Below the pieces are notes generated by a model. It was not told where the DNA came from and searched no databases. It saw only the letters and a list, made by a program, of their open reading frames with translations. Shown one piece after another: positions 11,315 to 21,747 of a DNA stretch of 64,000 bases; the first letter of the stretch is position 1; every line of letters starts with the position of its first letter. The stretch spans positions 128,001 to 192,000 of the forward strand of contig CBDCRW010000004.1 in NCBI GenBank assembly GCA_965221125.1, written 5' to 3'. The DNA comes from Alphaproteobacteria bacterium (lineage in GTDB: Bacteria; Pseudomonadota; Alphaproteobacteria; UBA828). The position numbers and the translations under genes are program-made.

Positions 11315-12019
11315 ATGCCCGAGATGCCGGACTGGCAGCGCTACCTGAGCGACGAGGACAGGACCACCATCGAACGCGGCCGCTGGGCCAGGAGGGTCGG
11401 CTTCGGCGCGCGCCCCGCAGTCATCCTCATCGACGTGCAGAACTACATGGTGGGGGAGGAGGGCAACCACGACCTTGCCGCCTACCCCTACAGCTGCGCC
11501 ACCGGCTGGGCCGCCGTGGAGCAGACCCGGCGCATCGTCGGCGCGGCCCGCGCCGCCGCGGCCCCGGTGATCTACACCCGCTTCGCCATCGACCGCACCG
11601 TGGGCGACGCCGGGCTCTTCGACGCCAAGATCGGCGCCGAGGCAGGCGAGAACGTCTACTTCGAGGGCACCCACGGCAGCGAGATCGTGCCCGCGGTCGC
11701 GCCCGAGCCCGGCGACCTCGTCTTCACCAAGAAGAAACCCAGCTCGTTCCACGGCACGCCGCTCCTGCCCTACCTGATCGACCGCGCCATCGATACGCTG
11801 ATCGTCACCGGCGGCGCCACCTGCAACTGCGTCCGCGCCACGGTCTTCGACGCCTTCTCCTACAACTATCGCACCATCGTACCGTCGGACGCGGTGTTCG
11901 ACCGCCTGCCGATCAGCCACGCGATCAACCTGTTCGACATGAACCGCTGCTCGGCCGACGTGACGGATACCGACGCCGTGCTCGCCTATTTCGGCGATCT
12001 CGCCAAACGCGCGGCCTAG
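11315..12019 (+). CDS. Isochorismatase / cysteine hydrolase family
   Basis: LIDVQN, KKKPSSFHGT, GGATCNCVRATVFDA. Confidence 0.88.
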   Translation: MPEMPDWQRYLSDEDRTTIERGRWARRVGFGARPAVILIDVQNYMVGEEGNHDLAAYPYSCATGWAAVEQTRRIVGAARAAAAPVIYTRFAIDRTVGDAGLFDAKIGAEAGENVYFEGTHGSEIVPAVAPEPGDLVFTKKKPSSFHGTPLLPYLIDRAIDTLIVTGGATCNCVRATVFDAFSYNYRTIVPSDAVFDRLPISHAINLFDMNRCSADVTDTDAVLAYFGDLAKRAA

Positions 12020-12119
12020 CTCGCAGGTCCGCGCAACATCGCAATCCGCTCTTGGTTTATGACGTTGCAGGGGCGGCCTTCCTTGGTGCATTGGTGGGAG
12101 GTCGGGCAACGCGGTCATT

Positions 12120-12467
12120 TTGGTATGCTGCCGTGCTTCGAACATAGGGGATGGCGTGATGGGAAGCCTCGACAACTTTCACCGCACAATCGTCCAGCGG
12201 GTCCACGCGGGTGAGTTGTTGCTAGGCGTCCGGCGAAGCATGTGGAAAGGGAGAACACGGAGGCTGGCGATGTCGGACCCAGCGACGTTCGACCGCTTGT
12301 GGAATGAAGGCGTCCTGTCTCTCAAGCTAGCGATTGTGTCGCCCTCGCGGGCCGGGTCGGAAATCTGCACGTCGCCGGATGACGACTATCGTCAGTTCAT
12401 AGCGCGACACTTCCTTCGCAAGCGCGAGTACGGCAATCGGGTCGAGAGAGCGAGAGTGTTCTCGTGA
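12120..12467 (+). CDS. Hypothetical protein or gene remnant in a lower-GC patch
   Basis: 115-aa ORF with no recognised motif; composition differs from its neighbours. Confidence 0.3.
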   Translation: MVCCRASNIGDGVMGSLDNFHRTIVQRVHAGELLLGVRRSMWKGRTRRLAMSDPATFDRLWNEGVLSLKLAIVSPSRAGSEICTSPDDDYRQFIARHFLRKREYGNRVERARVFS

Positions 12468-12558
12468 GCGAGACTGTAAACTCATTTCGCTAACCCTATA
12501 GGTCAAGTTTGATGTGCAACTTCCTTTAGGTTGCTCCGATTGATTGGGAGCACTGGCG

Positions 12559-12834
12559 ATGTCGACGTCGGAACGGCTCACCACCACCCTGTCGACAAGG
12601 GGGCAGGTCATTCTGCCCAAGGCGATTCGCCAGGCATTGCATTGGAAGGCCGGAATGCGGCTGGTCGTGGAGAACACGCCCGAGGGCGTGCTGCTGAAGC
12701 CCTTGCCAGCCTTTGTCCAGACCCGACCCGAGGACGTGTTCGGGAGCCTCGCCTGCGACGGCACACCCAAGTCCTTGGCCGACATGGACGCGGGCGTTCT
12801 GGCGGAAGCAAAGCAGAGCCCGTCCGGCGATTGA
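12559..12834 (+). CDS. AbrB/MazE/SpoVT-family DNA-binding protein (orphan antitoxin)
   Basis: TTLSTRGQVILPKAIRQALHWKAG..L.V...PEGVLLKP. No toxin ORF follows. Confidence 0.85.
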   Translation: MSTSERLTTTLSTRGQVILPKAIRQALHWKAGMRLVVENTPEGVLLKPLPAFVQTRPEDVFGSLACDGTPKSLADMDAGVLAEAKQSPSGD

Positions 12835-12893
12835 GAAATACAAACAAGACGCCGGGCGCTGATGCCGGCGCACGTGGCTCCTGCTATAGTGCG

Positions 12894-12995
12894 GGCGGGA
12901 GATCGGCGTCGGACGGCTTTCTCGCTAACCCGGTCAGGTCCGGAAGGAAGCAGCCGTAACGAGTTTCAAGCCGGGTCGTCTGCCGGTCTCCTGCC
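12894..12995 (+). ncRNA. ffs: SRP 4.5S RNA
   Basis: Domain IV CCGGTCAGGTCCGGAAGGAAGCAGCC, closing stem 12894-12907 / 12982-12995, TATAGT just upstream, located before dnaX. Confidence 0.95.
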
Positions 12996-13051
12996 GCCAA
13001 CCGGACGCGCTGCCCGCCGCGCACTGCGGGCCGAAGGACGCCGATGCACCG

Positions 13052-14800
13052 ATGAGCGAGGACGCCGCCGCCTATCGCGTGCTCGCGCGCAAGTATCGGC
13101 CCACGAGCTTCGCCGGCCTGATCGGCCAGGCCTCCCTCGTGCGCACGCTCAGCAACGCGATCGCGATGGACCGCCTGGCCCACGCCTGGCTGCTGACGGG
13201 CGTGCGCGGCGTGGGCAAGACGTCGACCGCGCGGATCATCGCCCGCGCGCTCAACTGCATCGGCGAGGACGGGAACGGCGGCCCGACGCCGGAGCCCTGC
13301 GGCGTGTGCGATCACTGCGTCTCGATCGCCGAGGACCGCCACGTCGACGTGATCGAGATGGACGCGGCCTCGCGCACCGGCGTCGACGACGTGCGCGAGC
13401 TGATCGAGAGCGTACGCTACCGCCCGGTTTCCGCCCGCTACAAGATCTACATCATCGATGAAGTGCACATGCTTTCGAAGCAGGCCTTCAACGCGCTGCT
13501 GAAGACGCTGGAAGAGCCGCCGCCCCACGTGAAGTTCGTGTTCGCCACCACCGAGGTCCGCCGCCTGCCGGTGACGGTGCTCTCGCGCTGCCAGCGCTTC
13601 GACCTGCGCCGGGTCGAGATGGAGGTGCTGATCGAGCATTTCGGCGCCATCGCCGCCAAGGAGGGGGCGGAGGTGGAGCCTGCGGCGCTCGCGCTCATCG
13701 CCCGCGCCGCCGACGGCTCGGTGCGGGACGGGCTCTCCGTGCTCGACCAGGCGATGGCGCACGAGGGCACGCGGATCACCGAAGACGCGGTGCGCGCCAT
13801 GCTGGGCCTCGCGGACCGCACCCGGCTGTTCGACCTCTTCGACATGCTGATGAGGGGCGCGATCAAGGATGCGCTGGACTGCTTCGCGGAGCTTCACGAC
13901 GCGGGCGCGGAACCGCAGGCCCTGCTGCAGGACCTGCTGGAGCTCTGCCACTGGCTCACGCGGCTGAAGCACGTGCCCGCCGCCGCGGACGATCCGGCGG
14001 TGCCCGAGGCGGAGCGCACGCGGGGCCGCACCATGGCCGAGGCGCTGGCGGTGCCGGCGCTCGCCCAGACGTGGCAGATGCTGCTGAAGGGGGTCGAGGA
14101 GGCCAACCGTGCGGCGCGGCCGGCGCTGGCCGCCGAAATGACCCTGGTGCGGATCGCCTACGCCGCCGACCTGCCGAGCCCGGCCGATGCGCTCCGCGCC
14201 ATCGGCAGCGGCGGCGCGGCCGCGGGGCCGAAGGATGCGCCGGAGCCGTCCGCGCCTGAGCCCGCAGCGCGCAGCGCCGCAATCGCCGGCGGGGCGCCCG
14301 AGCCCACTCCCGCACCGGCACCGGCGACTGCGCCCGCACCGGCGGCTGCGCCTGTGCCGGCGCCCGAGGCGGAGCCCTCCTCCGCGCCGCAGCCGCGCCT
14401 GGACTCGCTCGCGGCGCTCGCCGCGCTCGCCGATGAGCAGCGCGAGCCGATCCTCAGCGCGTGGCTCAGGACCGAGGTGCGCCCCGTGCGCATCGGCCCC
14501 GGCACGGTGGAGATCAACTGCGGACCTTCGCCCGACGGCAGGATGCTCGACCTGCTGCGGGACCGGCTTCAGGAATGGACCGGCGAGCGCTGGATGATCG
14601 CGCTGACCGACGACGGCGGCGCGCCGACCCTGGCGGAGCGGGATCGCGCCCTGCAGGAAGAGGCCGACAGGGCGGCGATGGACCACCCGCTAGTGCGGCA
14701 GGTCCTCGACGCCTTTCCCGGCGCGCGCGTGCGCAAGGTGCATCGGACGACGACCCCACTGCCGCCTGACAGCGGAAACGACGGAGACGCCTCCCCATGA
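13052..14800 (+). CDS. dnaX: DNA polymerase III subunit gamma/tau
   Basis: YRVLARKYRP, GVRGVGKT, Zn-binding Cys, DAASRTGVDD, IIDEVHML, SRC, Pro/Ala-rich linker. Confidence 0.97.
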   Translation: MSEDAAAYRVLARKYRPTSFAGLIGQASLVRTLSNAIAMDRLAHAWLLTGVRGVGKTSTARIIARALNCIGEDGNGGPTPEPCGVCDHCVSIAEDRHVDVIEMDAASRTGVDDVRELIESVRYRPVSARYKIYIIDEVHMLSKQAFNALLKTLEEPPPHVKFVFATTEVRRLPVTVLSRCQRFDLRRVEMEVLIEHFGAIAAKEGAEVEPAALALIARAADGSVRDGLSVLDQAMAHEGTRITEDAVRAMLGLADRTRLFDLFDMLMRGAIKDALDCFAELHDAGAEPQALLQDLLELCHWLTRLKHVPAAADDPAVPEAERTRGRTMAEALAVPALAQTWQMLLKGVEEANRAARPALAAEMTLVRIAYAADLPSPADALRAIGSGGAAAGPKDAPEPSAPEPAARSAAIAGGAPEPTPAPAPATAPAPAAAPVPAPEAEPSSAPQPRLDSLAALAALADEQREPILSAWLRTEVRPVRIGPGTVEINCGPSPDGRMLDLLRDRLQEWTGERWMIALTDDGGAPTLAERDRALQEEADRAAMDHPLVRQVLDAFPGARVRKVHRTTTPLPPDSGNDGDASP

Positions 14801-15120
14801 AGAACATCGGCAAGATGCTGAAGCAGGCGCAGGAAATGCAGACCAGGATGGCCGAGCTGCAGGAGAGCCTGGGCAGCCTCGAGGTCGAAGGCACCGCCGG
14901 CGGCGGCCTGGTACAGGTGACGCTGACGGGCAAGGGCGAGATGCGCCGCCTCTCCATCGACCCGGCGCTGGTGAAGGGCGACGAGGTGGAGGTGCTGGAA
15001 GACCTGATCGTCGCCGCCTTCAACGACGGCAAGGCCAAGGTCGAGCAGCTCGTTCAGGAGCGGATGGCCGAGGTCACCGGCGGGCTCAAGCTGCCGCCGG
15101 GTCTCGACCTCGGGATGTGA
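14797..15120 (+). CDS. ybaB: YbaB/EbfC nucleoid-associated protein
   Basis: [27 protein letters not shown]; sits between dnaX and recR. Confidence 0.95.
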   Translation: MKNIGKMLKQAQEMQTRMAELQESLGSLEVEGTAGGGLVQVTLTGKGEMRRLSIDPALVKGDEVEVLEDLIVAAFNDGKAKVEQLVQERMAEVTGGLKLPPGLDLGM

Positions 15121-15157
15121 GCACGCAGCGCAGCCCCTGCACGAGCGACAGCCGGCG

Positions 15158-15754
15158 ATGACGAGCCCTGCGATCGAGCGGCTGGTGGGGCATCTCGGCA
15201 AGCTCCCCGGTCTCGGGCCGCGCTCCGCCCGGCGCGCCGCGCTGCACCTGCTGGAGCGGCGCGAATCGCACCTGGAGCCGCTGCTCACGGCGCTTCGGAC
15301 GGCGGCCGAGAGCGTCCGCCCCTGCGGCATCTGCGGCAATCTCGACGTCCGGGACCCCTGCGCCATCTGCGCCGATCCCGAGCGCGACCGCTCCGCCATC
15401 TGCGTCGTCGAGCAGGTCGCGGACCTCTGGGCGCTGGAACGCACGCTGATGTTCCGCGGCCGCTATCACGTGCTGGGCGGCCTCTTGTCGGCGCTCGACG
15501 GGATCGGGCCGGAGGATCTCGCCATCGCCGGCCTGGTCGGGCGCGCCGGCGCGCCCGAGGTCAGCGAGATCATCCTCGCCACCAGCGTCACGGTGGACGG
15601 GCAGACCACGGCGCACTATCTGACCGACCGGCTGGCGGACAGCGGCGTCACCATCTCCCGCCTCGCCCATGGCCTGCCGGTCGGCGGCGAGCTCGACTAT
15701 CTCGACGACGGCACGCTCGGCACGGCGCTCAAGGCGCGCCAGCGGCTTCTCTGA
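15158..15754 (+). CDS. recR: Recombination mediator RecR
   Basis: [12 protein letters not shown]4 zinc finger, Toprim domain, GGELDYLD. Confidence 0.97.
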   Translation: MTSPAIERLVGHLGKLPGLGPRSARRAALHLLERRESHLEPLLTALRTAAESVRPCGICGNLDVRDPCAICADPERDRSAICVVEQVADLWALERTLMFRGRYHVLGGLLSALDGIGPEDLAIAGLVGRAGAPEVSEIILATSVTVDGQTTAHYLTDRLADSGVTISRLAHGLPVGGELDYLDDGTLGTALKARQRLL

Positions 15755-15845
15755 ACGGACGCGAATGCACGCTGGATTGTCCGGCGTGCGCCCTCTATGG
15801 TCGCCGCCGCCGCTGGGGCGGCAGACGCGGGCAGCGGAGCAAACG

Positions 15846-16775
15846 ATGGCGGACGAGACGAAGAGCGCGGGCCGGCTGGAGCGCGTGCTGCGCGCGGGCG
15901 AGTTCGCCATCACGGCGGAGATGGGACCGCCGGATTCGGTGGATCCGGCCGACGTTCTGGCCCGCGCGGGGTGCCTCAAGGGGCTCGCGGACGCCGTCAA
16001 CGTGCTCGACGGCGCCGGCGCACGCGCCCACCTCTCGCCGCTGGCTGCGGCGGCGATCCTGGCGCGCGAAGGCATCGAGCCGGTGCTGCAGTTCACCATG
16101 CGCGACCGCAACCGTCTCGCGCTGCAGGCCGACGTGCTGGGGGCGGCTGCGCTCGGCGTGCACAGCCTGCTCTGCCTCACCGGCGATTCGGTCGACGCCG
16201 GCGATCAGCCGGAGACGAAGCCGGTGTTCGACCTCAAGTCCAACGAGTTCATGGCGACGGTCCGCACCATGCGGGACGATGGGGTGCTCCCCGGCGGGCG
16301 GACGCTCGCCTCGGCGCCGCGGCTTCTCATCGGCGGCGCCGATGCGCCCCGCGAGCCGAAGGCGGGCGACACGCCCACCAGCCTTGAGGCCAAGATCGAG
16401 GCTGGCGCGGACTTCTTCCAGACCCAGTTCTGCTTCGACATGGCGATGCTCGGGCGCTACCTCGCCTGGCTGGGCGACTTCGGGATCCCCGAGCGCGCCG
16501 CCATCATCGTCGGCATCGGGCCCATACGCTCGGCAGGCTCGGCGCGCTGGATAAACGAGAACCTTTTTGGGGTGCACATCCCGGACGCCGTCATCGCCCG
16601 CCTCGACGGCGCCGAGGATCCGCAGGCCGAGGGCATCCGCATCTGCATCGAGCTGATCGAGGCGCTGCGCGGCATGGAGGGCGTCGCCGGTGCGCACCTG
16701 ATGGCGCCCCGCGGCGAGCAGGCCATCGCCGAGGTCATCGCTCGCTCGGGATTACGCCCTGCCGGCGACGCCTGA
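15846..16775 (+). CDS. metF: Methylenetetrahydrofolate reductase family protein
   Basis: TAEMGPP, RDRNRLALQ, LCLTGD, KIEAGADFFQTQF. Confidence 0.85.
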   Translation: MADETKSAGRLERVLRAGEFAITAEMGPPDSVDPADVLARAGCLKGLADAVNVLDGAGARAHLSPLAAAAILAREGIEPVLQFTMRDRNRLALQADVLGAAALGVHSLLCLTGDSVDAGDQPETKPVFDLKSNEFMATVRTMRDDGVLPGGRTLASAPRLLIGGADAPREPKAGDTPTSLEAKIEAGADFFQTQFCFDMAMLGRYLAWLGDFGIPERAAIIVGIGPIRSAGSARWINENLFGVHIPDAVIARLDGAEDPQAEGIRICIELIEALRGMEGVAGAHLMAPRGEQAIAEVIARSGLRPAGDA

Positions 16776-16824
16776 GGCCACCCGCCTGGGCGCGGCCTTG
16801 CCTTATGGCGCCGGCGGCGCCCCT

Positions 16825-17667
16825 TCAGAACCGATACCGGATGCCGATCTCGAGGAAGTGGATGCGGAGGTCGGTGTTCGAGCTGATCGTCAGCCCGTCG
16901 TCGTTGGAGCCGCCGTACGACAGTCCGTTGACCATCTGCAGGCGGTAGCCGACCTGGAGCGTCGTGCTGTCCGACAGCGCATAGCCGATTCCCCCGCCGA
17001 TCTGATAGGCAAAGGCGGTATCGGTGGCTGAAAGCGAAGGCGCGTCGGGGATGGGTACCGGGGGAACCTGCTCGGGAGGGGTGCCCTGCTGTGCGGCCTG
17101 GGCTTGGGCCAGTGCGTTCCCGACCGCTCCCGCCACCGCGCCCGTGTCGTAGCGAAGGCCGCCCTGGTCGACCCGGACGAAGCCGAGGCCGCCGCCGACG
17201 TAGGGGGTCCATGTGTCGCCAACATCGAAGTCGTACCAGAGGTTCACCATGGCACCGAGTTGCTCGGCGCTACCCGACACGGGGACCGGCAGTTCGTTCG
17301 GATGGGTGTAGGAGAGCGCCGGCACCGTGATGCTGCTGTTGGTCAGTCTGCTCACGTCCGCCCGGGCCATGAAGATCTCGCCCTCCACGCGGAGGCCCGA
17401 TCCCAAGTGGCGGCCGATCATGCCGCCGAACTTGAAGCCCGTGTCATGTTCCGTCTTGACGTTCGCCGTGTACTCGACCATCCGCGGGCCTTGACTGAAG
17501 CTCCCCGTGGACGTCGAGTCCGTGTCGTCGATGAACATGAGGGGCATGGTCAGCCCCATGTACCAGTCGCCGTCCTGCGCCTCGGCGCTCGCGGCCCCGC
17601 CGAGCGCCACACATGCGGCCGCGGCTGCTCCCACGAGCAAGCGCGATCCGAAACTGTTTCCCGTCAT
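16825..17667 (-). CDS. Outer-membrane beta-barrel protein (8-stranded type)
   Basis: Signal peptide, GLRVEGE, NLWYDF, PYVGGGLG, FAYQIGGG, C-terminal GIRYRF. Confidence 0.82.
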   Translation of the reverse strand: MTGNSFGSRLLVGAAAAACVALGGAASAEAQDGDWYMGLTMPLMFIDDTDSTSTGSFSQGPRMVEYTANVKTEHDTGFKFGGMIGRHLGSGLRVEGEIFMARADVSRLTNSSITVPALSYTHPNELPVPVSGSAEQLGAMVNLWYDFDVGDTWTPYVGGGLGFVRVDQGGLRYDTGAVAGAVGNALAQAQAAQQGTPPEQVPPVPIPDAPSLSATDTAFAYQIGGGIGYALSDSTTLQVGYRLQMVNGLSYGGSNDDGLTISSNTDLRIHFLEIGIRYRF

Positions 17668-17825
17668 TTTCCGGTTCTCCCTCGCGACGCCTTACCCACC
17701 CGTCTAGTCTAGGCTATTGCGAGACGAAAGGTGGTGCAAACGTCTGCAGCAGCTACGACGCCTTCGCGTCTCGAACTTGCCGAGATGCGTGTCCGCCATA
17801 AGCGGCGCTGAGCCCGCTTCCCTGC

Positions 17826-18692
17826 TCATCGGCCGGCATCGCGCTCGCGCGCATCCTCGTAGCCAGAGGGCAGGTAGCCGAAGCGCCCCATTTGTGCGCG
17901 GTGACGCTCCACCACGCGACGGACTTGCGCATCGTCCAGCACCTCCCGCCAGCCGTCCACCTTGCCGGCCCGGAAGAAGTGGTCCTGCGACGGGGTACGC
18001 TCGATAAAGCCAGCGCGGTCCTCCTGCGCGCGCAGTGAGCGGAAGGACGAGTGCCGCATCGCCCGCTCCAGGCGCTCGCGCGGCGGCTTGAGGCCGAGGA
18101 AGGCCGCTATGGCGCGAAAGGTCGGGCCGGGCCGGCGGCTCATGTCTTCGTAGCGTACGACGTGGAGCTGCGGGTGCGATCGAGCGGTCCAGCTTTCGAC
18201 ATGGGTGGACCAGTCGCTGTGATGCTCGGGCACCTGCTCAGCGGTCGTAGGTGAATGGAAGCCTCTGGTTTCCATGAGCGTGATGATGTCGTCCGTCGGT
18301 TGGCCCAGGTGGTGGGCGTACGAGACGACCACGTCGAGCGGATTGCGCACGACATAAATCGCCCCAGCCGTGAGCGACTGGGTGATCATGGGCACGCCGT
18401 CGGCCTCCACGAGGGCGTTGTGCGTCTTGACCATGACGGTATCGGGTGCGCTCTCGGCGATGAGAGCGTGCACGCTAGGGCGGAGGCGCGCCAGGTCTCC
18501 CCCGCCCAGCGCCGCTGGCGGTCGGGGGTCAAGGCGCCTGTACCAGTGCGCCTGACTGTCGCCAGCCGTGAGTTCGGACATCCGGTTGATGTCAAAGGGC
18601 GTGCTCGAGTTTCGAAATAAATTGTGCAGGAAGGCACGTAGCCATGTGTTGCCCGACTTGGGGTAGGAGGCGAGCCACAGAATTCCACTCAT
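17826..18692 (-). CDS. Sulfotransferase domain protein
   Basis: 5'-PSB WLASYPKSGNTW, KTH, 3'-PB VRNPLDVVVS, RYED, FFRAG. Confidence 0.9.
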   Translation of the reverse strand: MSGILWLASYPKSGNTWLRAFLHNLFRNSSTPFDINRMSELTAGDSQAHWYRRLDPRPPAALGGGDLARLRPSVHALIAESAPDTVMVKTHNALVEADGVPMITQSLTAGAIYVVRNPLDVVVSYAHHLGQPTDDIITLMETRGFHSPTTAEQVPEHHSDWSTHVESWTARSHPQLHVVRYEDMSRRPGPTFRAIAAFLGLKPPRERLERAMRHSSFRSLRAQEDRAGFIERTPSQDHFFRAGKVDGWREVLDDAQVRRVVERHRAQMGRFGYLPSGYEDARERDAGR

Positions 18693-18832
18693 ACGAGGTG
18701 TACTTCTCATATGACCGATCCGATGTGATCCCGACAGAGACGGCCCTGCGTGCCGGGCGCAAAGATGGTCATCCCCCGCAGTCTGAACAGCCGTCGCGGC
18801 CGGACGGGCCGACGGCAAAGCCCACGGGGACG

Positions 18833-18867
18833 AAAAAGGGGCGGCGGTGCCAAAGCACCGCCGCCCC
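18833..18867 (-). terminator. Intrinsic terminator of the minus-strand porin
   Basis: 13-bp perfect stem (18838-18850 / 18855-18867) followed by T5 on the minus strand. Confidence 0.85.
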
Positions 18868-18926
18868 CGGAATGATTGGCCGAGGAGGCTGAAGACGCAT
18901 CCAGCCCCTAGACCAACTCCCGAGCG

Positions 18927-19991
18927 CTAGAAGTTGATCGTGGTGCCGAGGATCATCTCGGTTGCCTCGTCGGCGCCACTTTCGACCATGTTGACCTTGC
19001 CGGCAAGGTCAATGCCGGGACCGAGGTTGTAGCCCGCTCCGAGCATGGCAATCGTCGTGTCGTCCCCCATGTCCTTCTCGTGGGATCCATACGCGACGGC
19101 CAGCGAGATCGGGCCTTGCGACCAGCCGATACCGACATCGCTGAGGGTTTCGTCCCCATCGCCGGTGTCGCTTCGCGTTTGCACGGCGCCGCCGATCGAA
19201 ATCTGATCGATGCTGAGGGACGCCCCGAAGCGGGTGGCCGTGGCATCTTCGCCGCCATCCTCGCTTGTATACGTCTCGTAGCCGACATTGGCGGCGAAGC
19301 TGCCGCCCATGACGTCAGTCGAGAAGTTGAGTGCAGCCTGAATGCCCTCCCCATACTTGCCCATATCGTCGTTGGTGCGGCCCGCGTAGGAGTTGGTCGA
19401 GTCCTCGGGCGCGTAGCTCACGCCAAGGCTGAGGCCGTTGAACGCCGGCGAGTAGTAGGAGATCTTGAGGGCGTCCTCGTCCATGGCGCCGGTCGTCCAC
19501 CCACCGATGCCGCTACCGAACCAAGGTGACTTGACGCCGCCGATCGTGTTCCCGCCCGGCGACCAGATCGTCCCATTCTGCGCGGCGCCCTCGACGGTGC
19601 CGTATGCAATGCGGCCGAACCCGCCGCTGAGGTTGACCTCGGTCTCGTCGGTGTTGATGCCTCCGTTGGCCGCGCCGACGTTGCCGTCATCGTCTACTTC
19701 TGCATCATGAGTGTGATCGCCATTGTTCCCGTTGACCCGAATTCTGACGCTGGCCGTAATGCCGTTGTCCAAGGTCGTCGATCCGCCGACCTCCAGCTCG
19801 ATATTCTGGTTGATGCCGTGACCGCGATCATTGTCATTGTCCTTGTCATTGGAAACAGCAACGAGGGCGGCGTGATAGTATCCGCCGACGCCGACCGAAA
19901 TCGGTTCAGCCATCATCTCATCGGCTTGTGCGGCGCTGGCAAACGCACCTGCAGCCACAAGCGCCGTGGTGCCGAGAAGCAACTTCTTCAT
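18927..19991 (-). CDS. Alphaproteobacterial general porin
   Basis: MKKLLLGTTAL signal, TTLDNG, SGGFG, KISYYSPAFNGLSLGVSYAP, acidic composition, terminal Phe. Confidence 0.9.
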   Translation of the reverse strand: MKKLLLGTTALVAAGAFASAAQADEMMAEPISVGVGGYYHAALVAVSNDKDNDNDRGHGINQNIELEVGGSTTLDNGITASVRIRVNGNNGDHTHDAEVDDDGNVGAANGGINTDETEVNLSGGFGRIAYGTVEGAAQNGTIWSPGGNTIGGVKSPWFGSGIGGWTTGAMDEDALKISYYSPAFNGLSLGVSYAPEDSTNSYAGRTNDDMGKYGEGIQAALNFSTDVMGGSFAANVGYETYTSEDGGEDATATRFGASLSIDQISIGGAVQTRSDTGDGDETLSDVGIGWSQGPISLAVAYGSHEKDMGDDTTIAMLGAGYNLGPGIDLAGKVNMVESGADEATEMILGTTINF

Positions 19992-20493
19992 GCTTCTATC
20001 CTCCTGGTTTTCATTAGGTCCAAAGCTCCGGGGTCTCACACCGCCCCTTACCCGGACCGGTCCCAACCCACTACCGCCGCAGGATGGTGCACGCACCCGC
20101 CCCGTGCAATGAAATTGCGTGACAGTTTTCTAACGGACAGTCGTTTTCCCCTCAAACTGTGGCCGAAATGCCACGATCGCGCCTTTCCACCACGCGCTAT
20201 CCCATCGATCCGGCCCACAGTCCCTGACCCATCCTCGCTCTCCGGCCTCGTCATGGACCGGCACCATGCGATGCCGTCTGCACGTCGCGGCTCCCCATCG
20301 CGAATTATTCCCGCCTTCGAGGTGTAGGAGTTTACCGACAAGAATACGGAGGAACACGCTTTCGTTGGAATCAATCCGCTTCCCTGTCGCTTACGGAATT
20401 TTGCAGACGACCGACGGCAGGGTGTCAGGATCGTATTTTATTCCTTTATATCAACGCTATACAGGACTCCCGCCAAATTTCCGCTCGCGAAGC

Positions 20494-21528
20494 ATGAAGC
20501 GAGTTCTATTGGCAACGACGGCTCTCGTAGCCGCCGGCGCTTTCACGGTCGGTGCCGCCCAAGCCGACGAGATGATGGCAGAGCCGGTGTCCGTCGGCGT
20601 CGGCGGCTATTACCGGGTCGCCGGTGGCGCCATCGACATCGACAATTCGATGAACGACCGTGGCCACACCGTCAATCAGAACATCGAGATCAACCTCTCC
20701 GGCGAAGCTGCCCTGGACAACGGGTTGACTGCTGGAGTCAATCTCTGGCTCGATGCGAACCAAGGCTTTCAGGACGACACTTCGGAGACCAGGATCTATC
20801 TGAGCGGCGGGTTCGGGACACTCACTGCCGGTGCGTTCGAGAGTGCCGCGCAGCTTGGCACGGTCTGGGCGCCTGGGGGCAACGCCAACTTCGGCGTCAA
20901 GTCGGCGTTTTTCAATCCCAGCGGCGCTGGAGCCAGCTGGCAAGGCATCATCGGGAACAATGAGGACGATTTGACGCTGATGTATGCGTCTCCGAGTTTC
21001 AACGGGTTCAGCTTCAGTGCCAGCTACGCACCTGAGGACAATAAGGACTCATATGCTGAACGTGGCACGGCGGATACCAATGACGATGGTGATAGCGAAA
21101 TCTCCGAGACCGTGGGGCTCAGCCTGAACATGTCGCTTCCCATGATGGGCGGCAGCGTGAGCGGCGGCATCGGCTACGAAACCGGCACGCCCGAAGTCTG
21201 CACGGGGGAATGCGACGCTACTTCCCTTCGTGGTGGCTTGGTGGTCAGCATCGACGAGTTCTCTGTCGGCGGTGCCGTATTGCAGATCGACAACCAAGGC
21301 GCGGAGACAACGCACTCCGATGTCGGCGTAGGCTGGTCACAGGGTGGCATGAGTATTGGCCTCCAGTACGGAAGCTCGGACTCGGATGACGGCGACACTG
21401 ACATCACGGCCTTCAATGCAGCCTACGCTCTGGGGCCTGGCGTCGAAGTCAACTCGCAAATCGCTGTGGGCTCGGATGGAGATAACGATTGGTCTCAGTT
21501 CTTGCTCGGTACGGCGATCATCTTCTAA
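20494..21528 (+). CDS. Alphaproteobacterial general porin (paralog)
   Basis: MKRVLLATTAL signal, LDNGL, SGGFG, YASPSFNGFSFSASYAP, terminal Phe. Confidence 0.9.
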   Translation: MKRVLLATTALVAAGAFTVGAAQADEMMAEPVSVGVGGYYRVAGGAIDIDNSMNDRGHTVNQNIEINLSGEAALDNGLTAGVNLWLDANQGFQDDTSETRIYLSGGFGTLTAGAFESAAQLGTVWAPGGNANFGVKSAFFNPSGAGASWQGIIGNNEDDLTLMYASPSFNGFSFSASYAPEDNKDSYAERGTADTNDDGDSEISETVGLSLNMSLPMMGGSVSGGIGYETGTPEVCTGECDATSLRGGLVVSIDEFSVGGAVLQIDNQGAETTHSDVGVGWSQGGMSIGLQYGSSDSDDGDTDITAFNAAYALGPGVEVNSQIAVGSDGDNDWSQFLLGTAIIF

Positions 21529-21551
21529 TCGACCATCGTCAATCTGCGACG

Positions 21552-21579
21552 AAGGGGAGCACCCAGTGCTCCCCTTTTT
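21552..21579 (+). terminator. Intrinsic terminator of the plus-strand porin
   Basis: AAGGGGAGCAC-cca-GTGCTCCCCTT followed by a T-run. Confidence 0.88.
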
Positions 21580-21630
21580 CTTATGCCGAGTATTGAACGA
21601 AGCGTCGGAGAGTCGGCGCCTCTTTTGCGT

Positions 21631-21747
21631 TCAGCCGGCGCTTGAATCCAGCGCGTAGCCGGTTGAGCGGACGGTCCGGATCAGATCCGGGCGCCGGTCC
21701 GCGTTGAGCGCCTGTCTCAGCCCGCTCACGTGCACGGCGGCGGTCCG
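21631..21747 (-). pseudogene. C-terminal remnant of a PhoB/OmpR-family winged-helix regulator
   Basis: RTAAVHVSGLRQALNADRRPDLIRTVRSTGYALDSSAG*. An in-frame stop lies immediately upstream. Confidence 0.7.

Noticed and set aside
14200-14400. Repetitive GCNCCG tract in dnaX
   Set aside because: Ordinary Pro/Ala linker of the tau subunit; not an array, and no A-AAA-AAG frameshift signal was seen.
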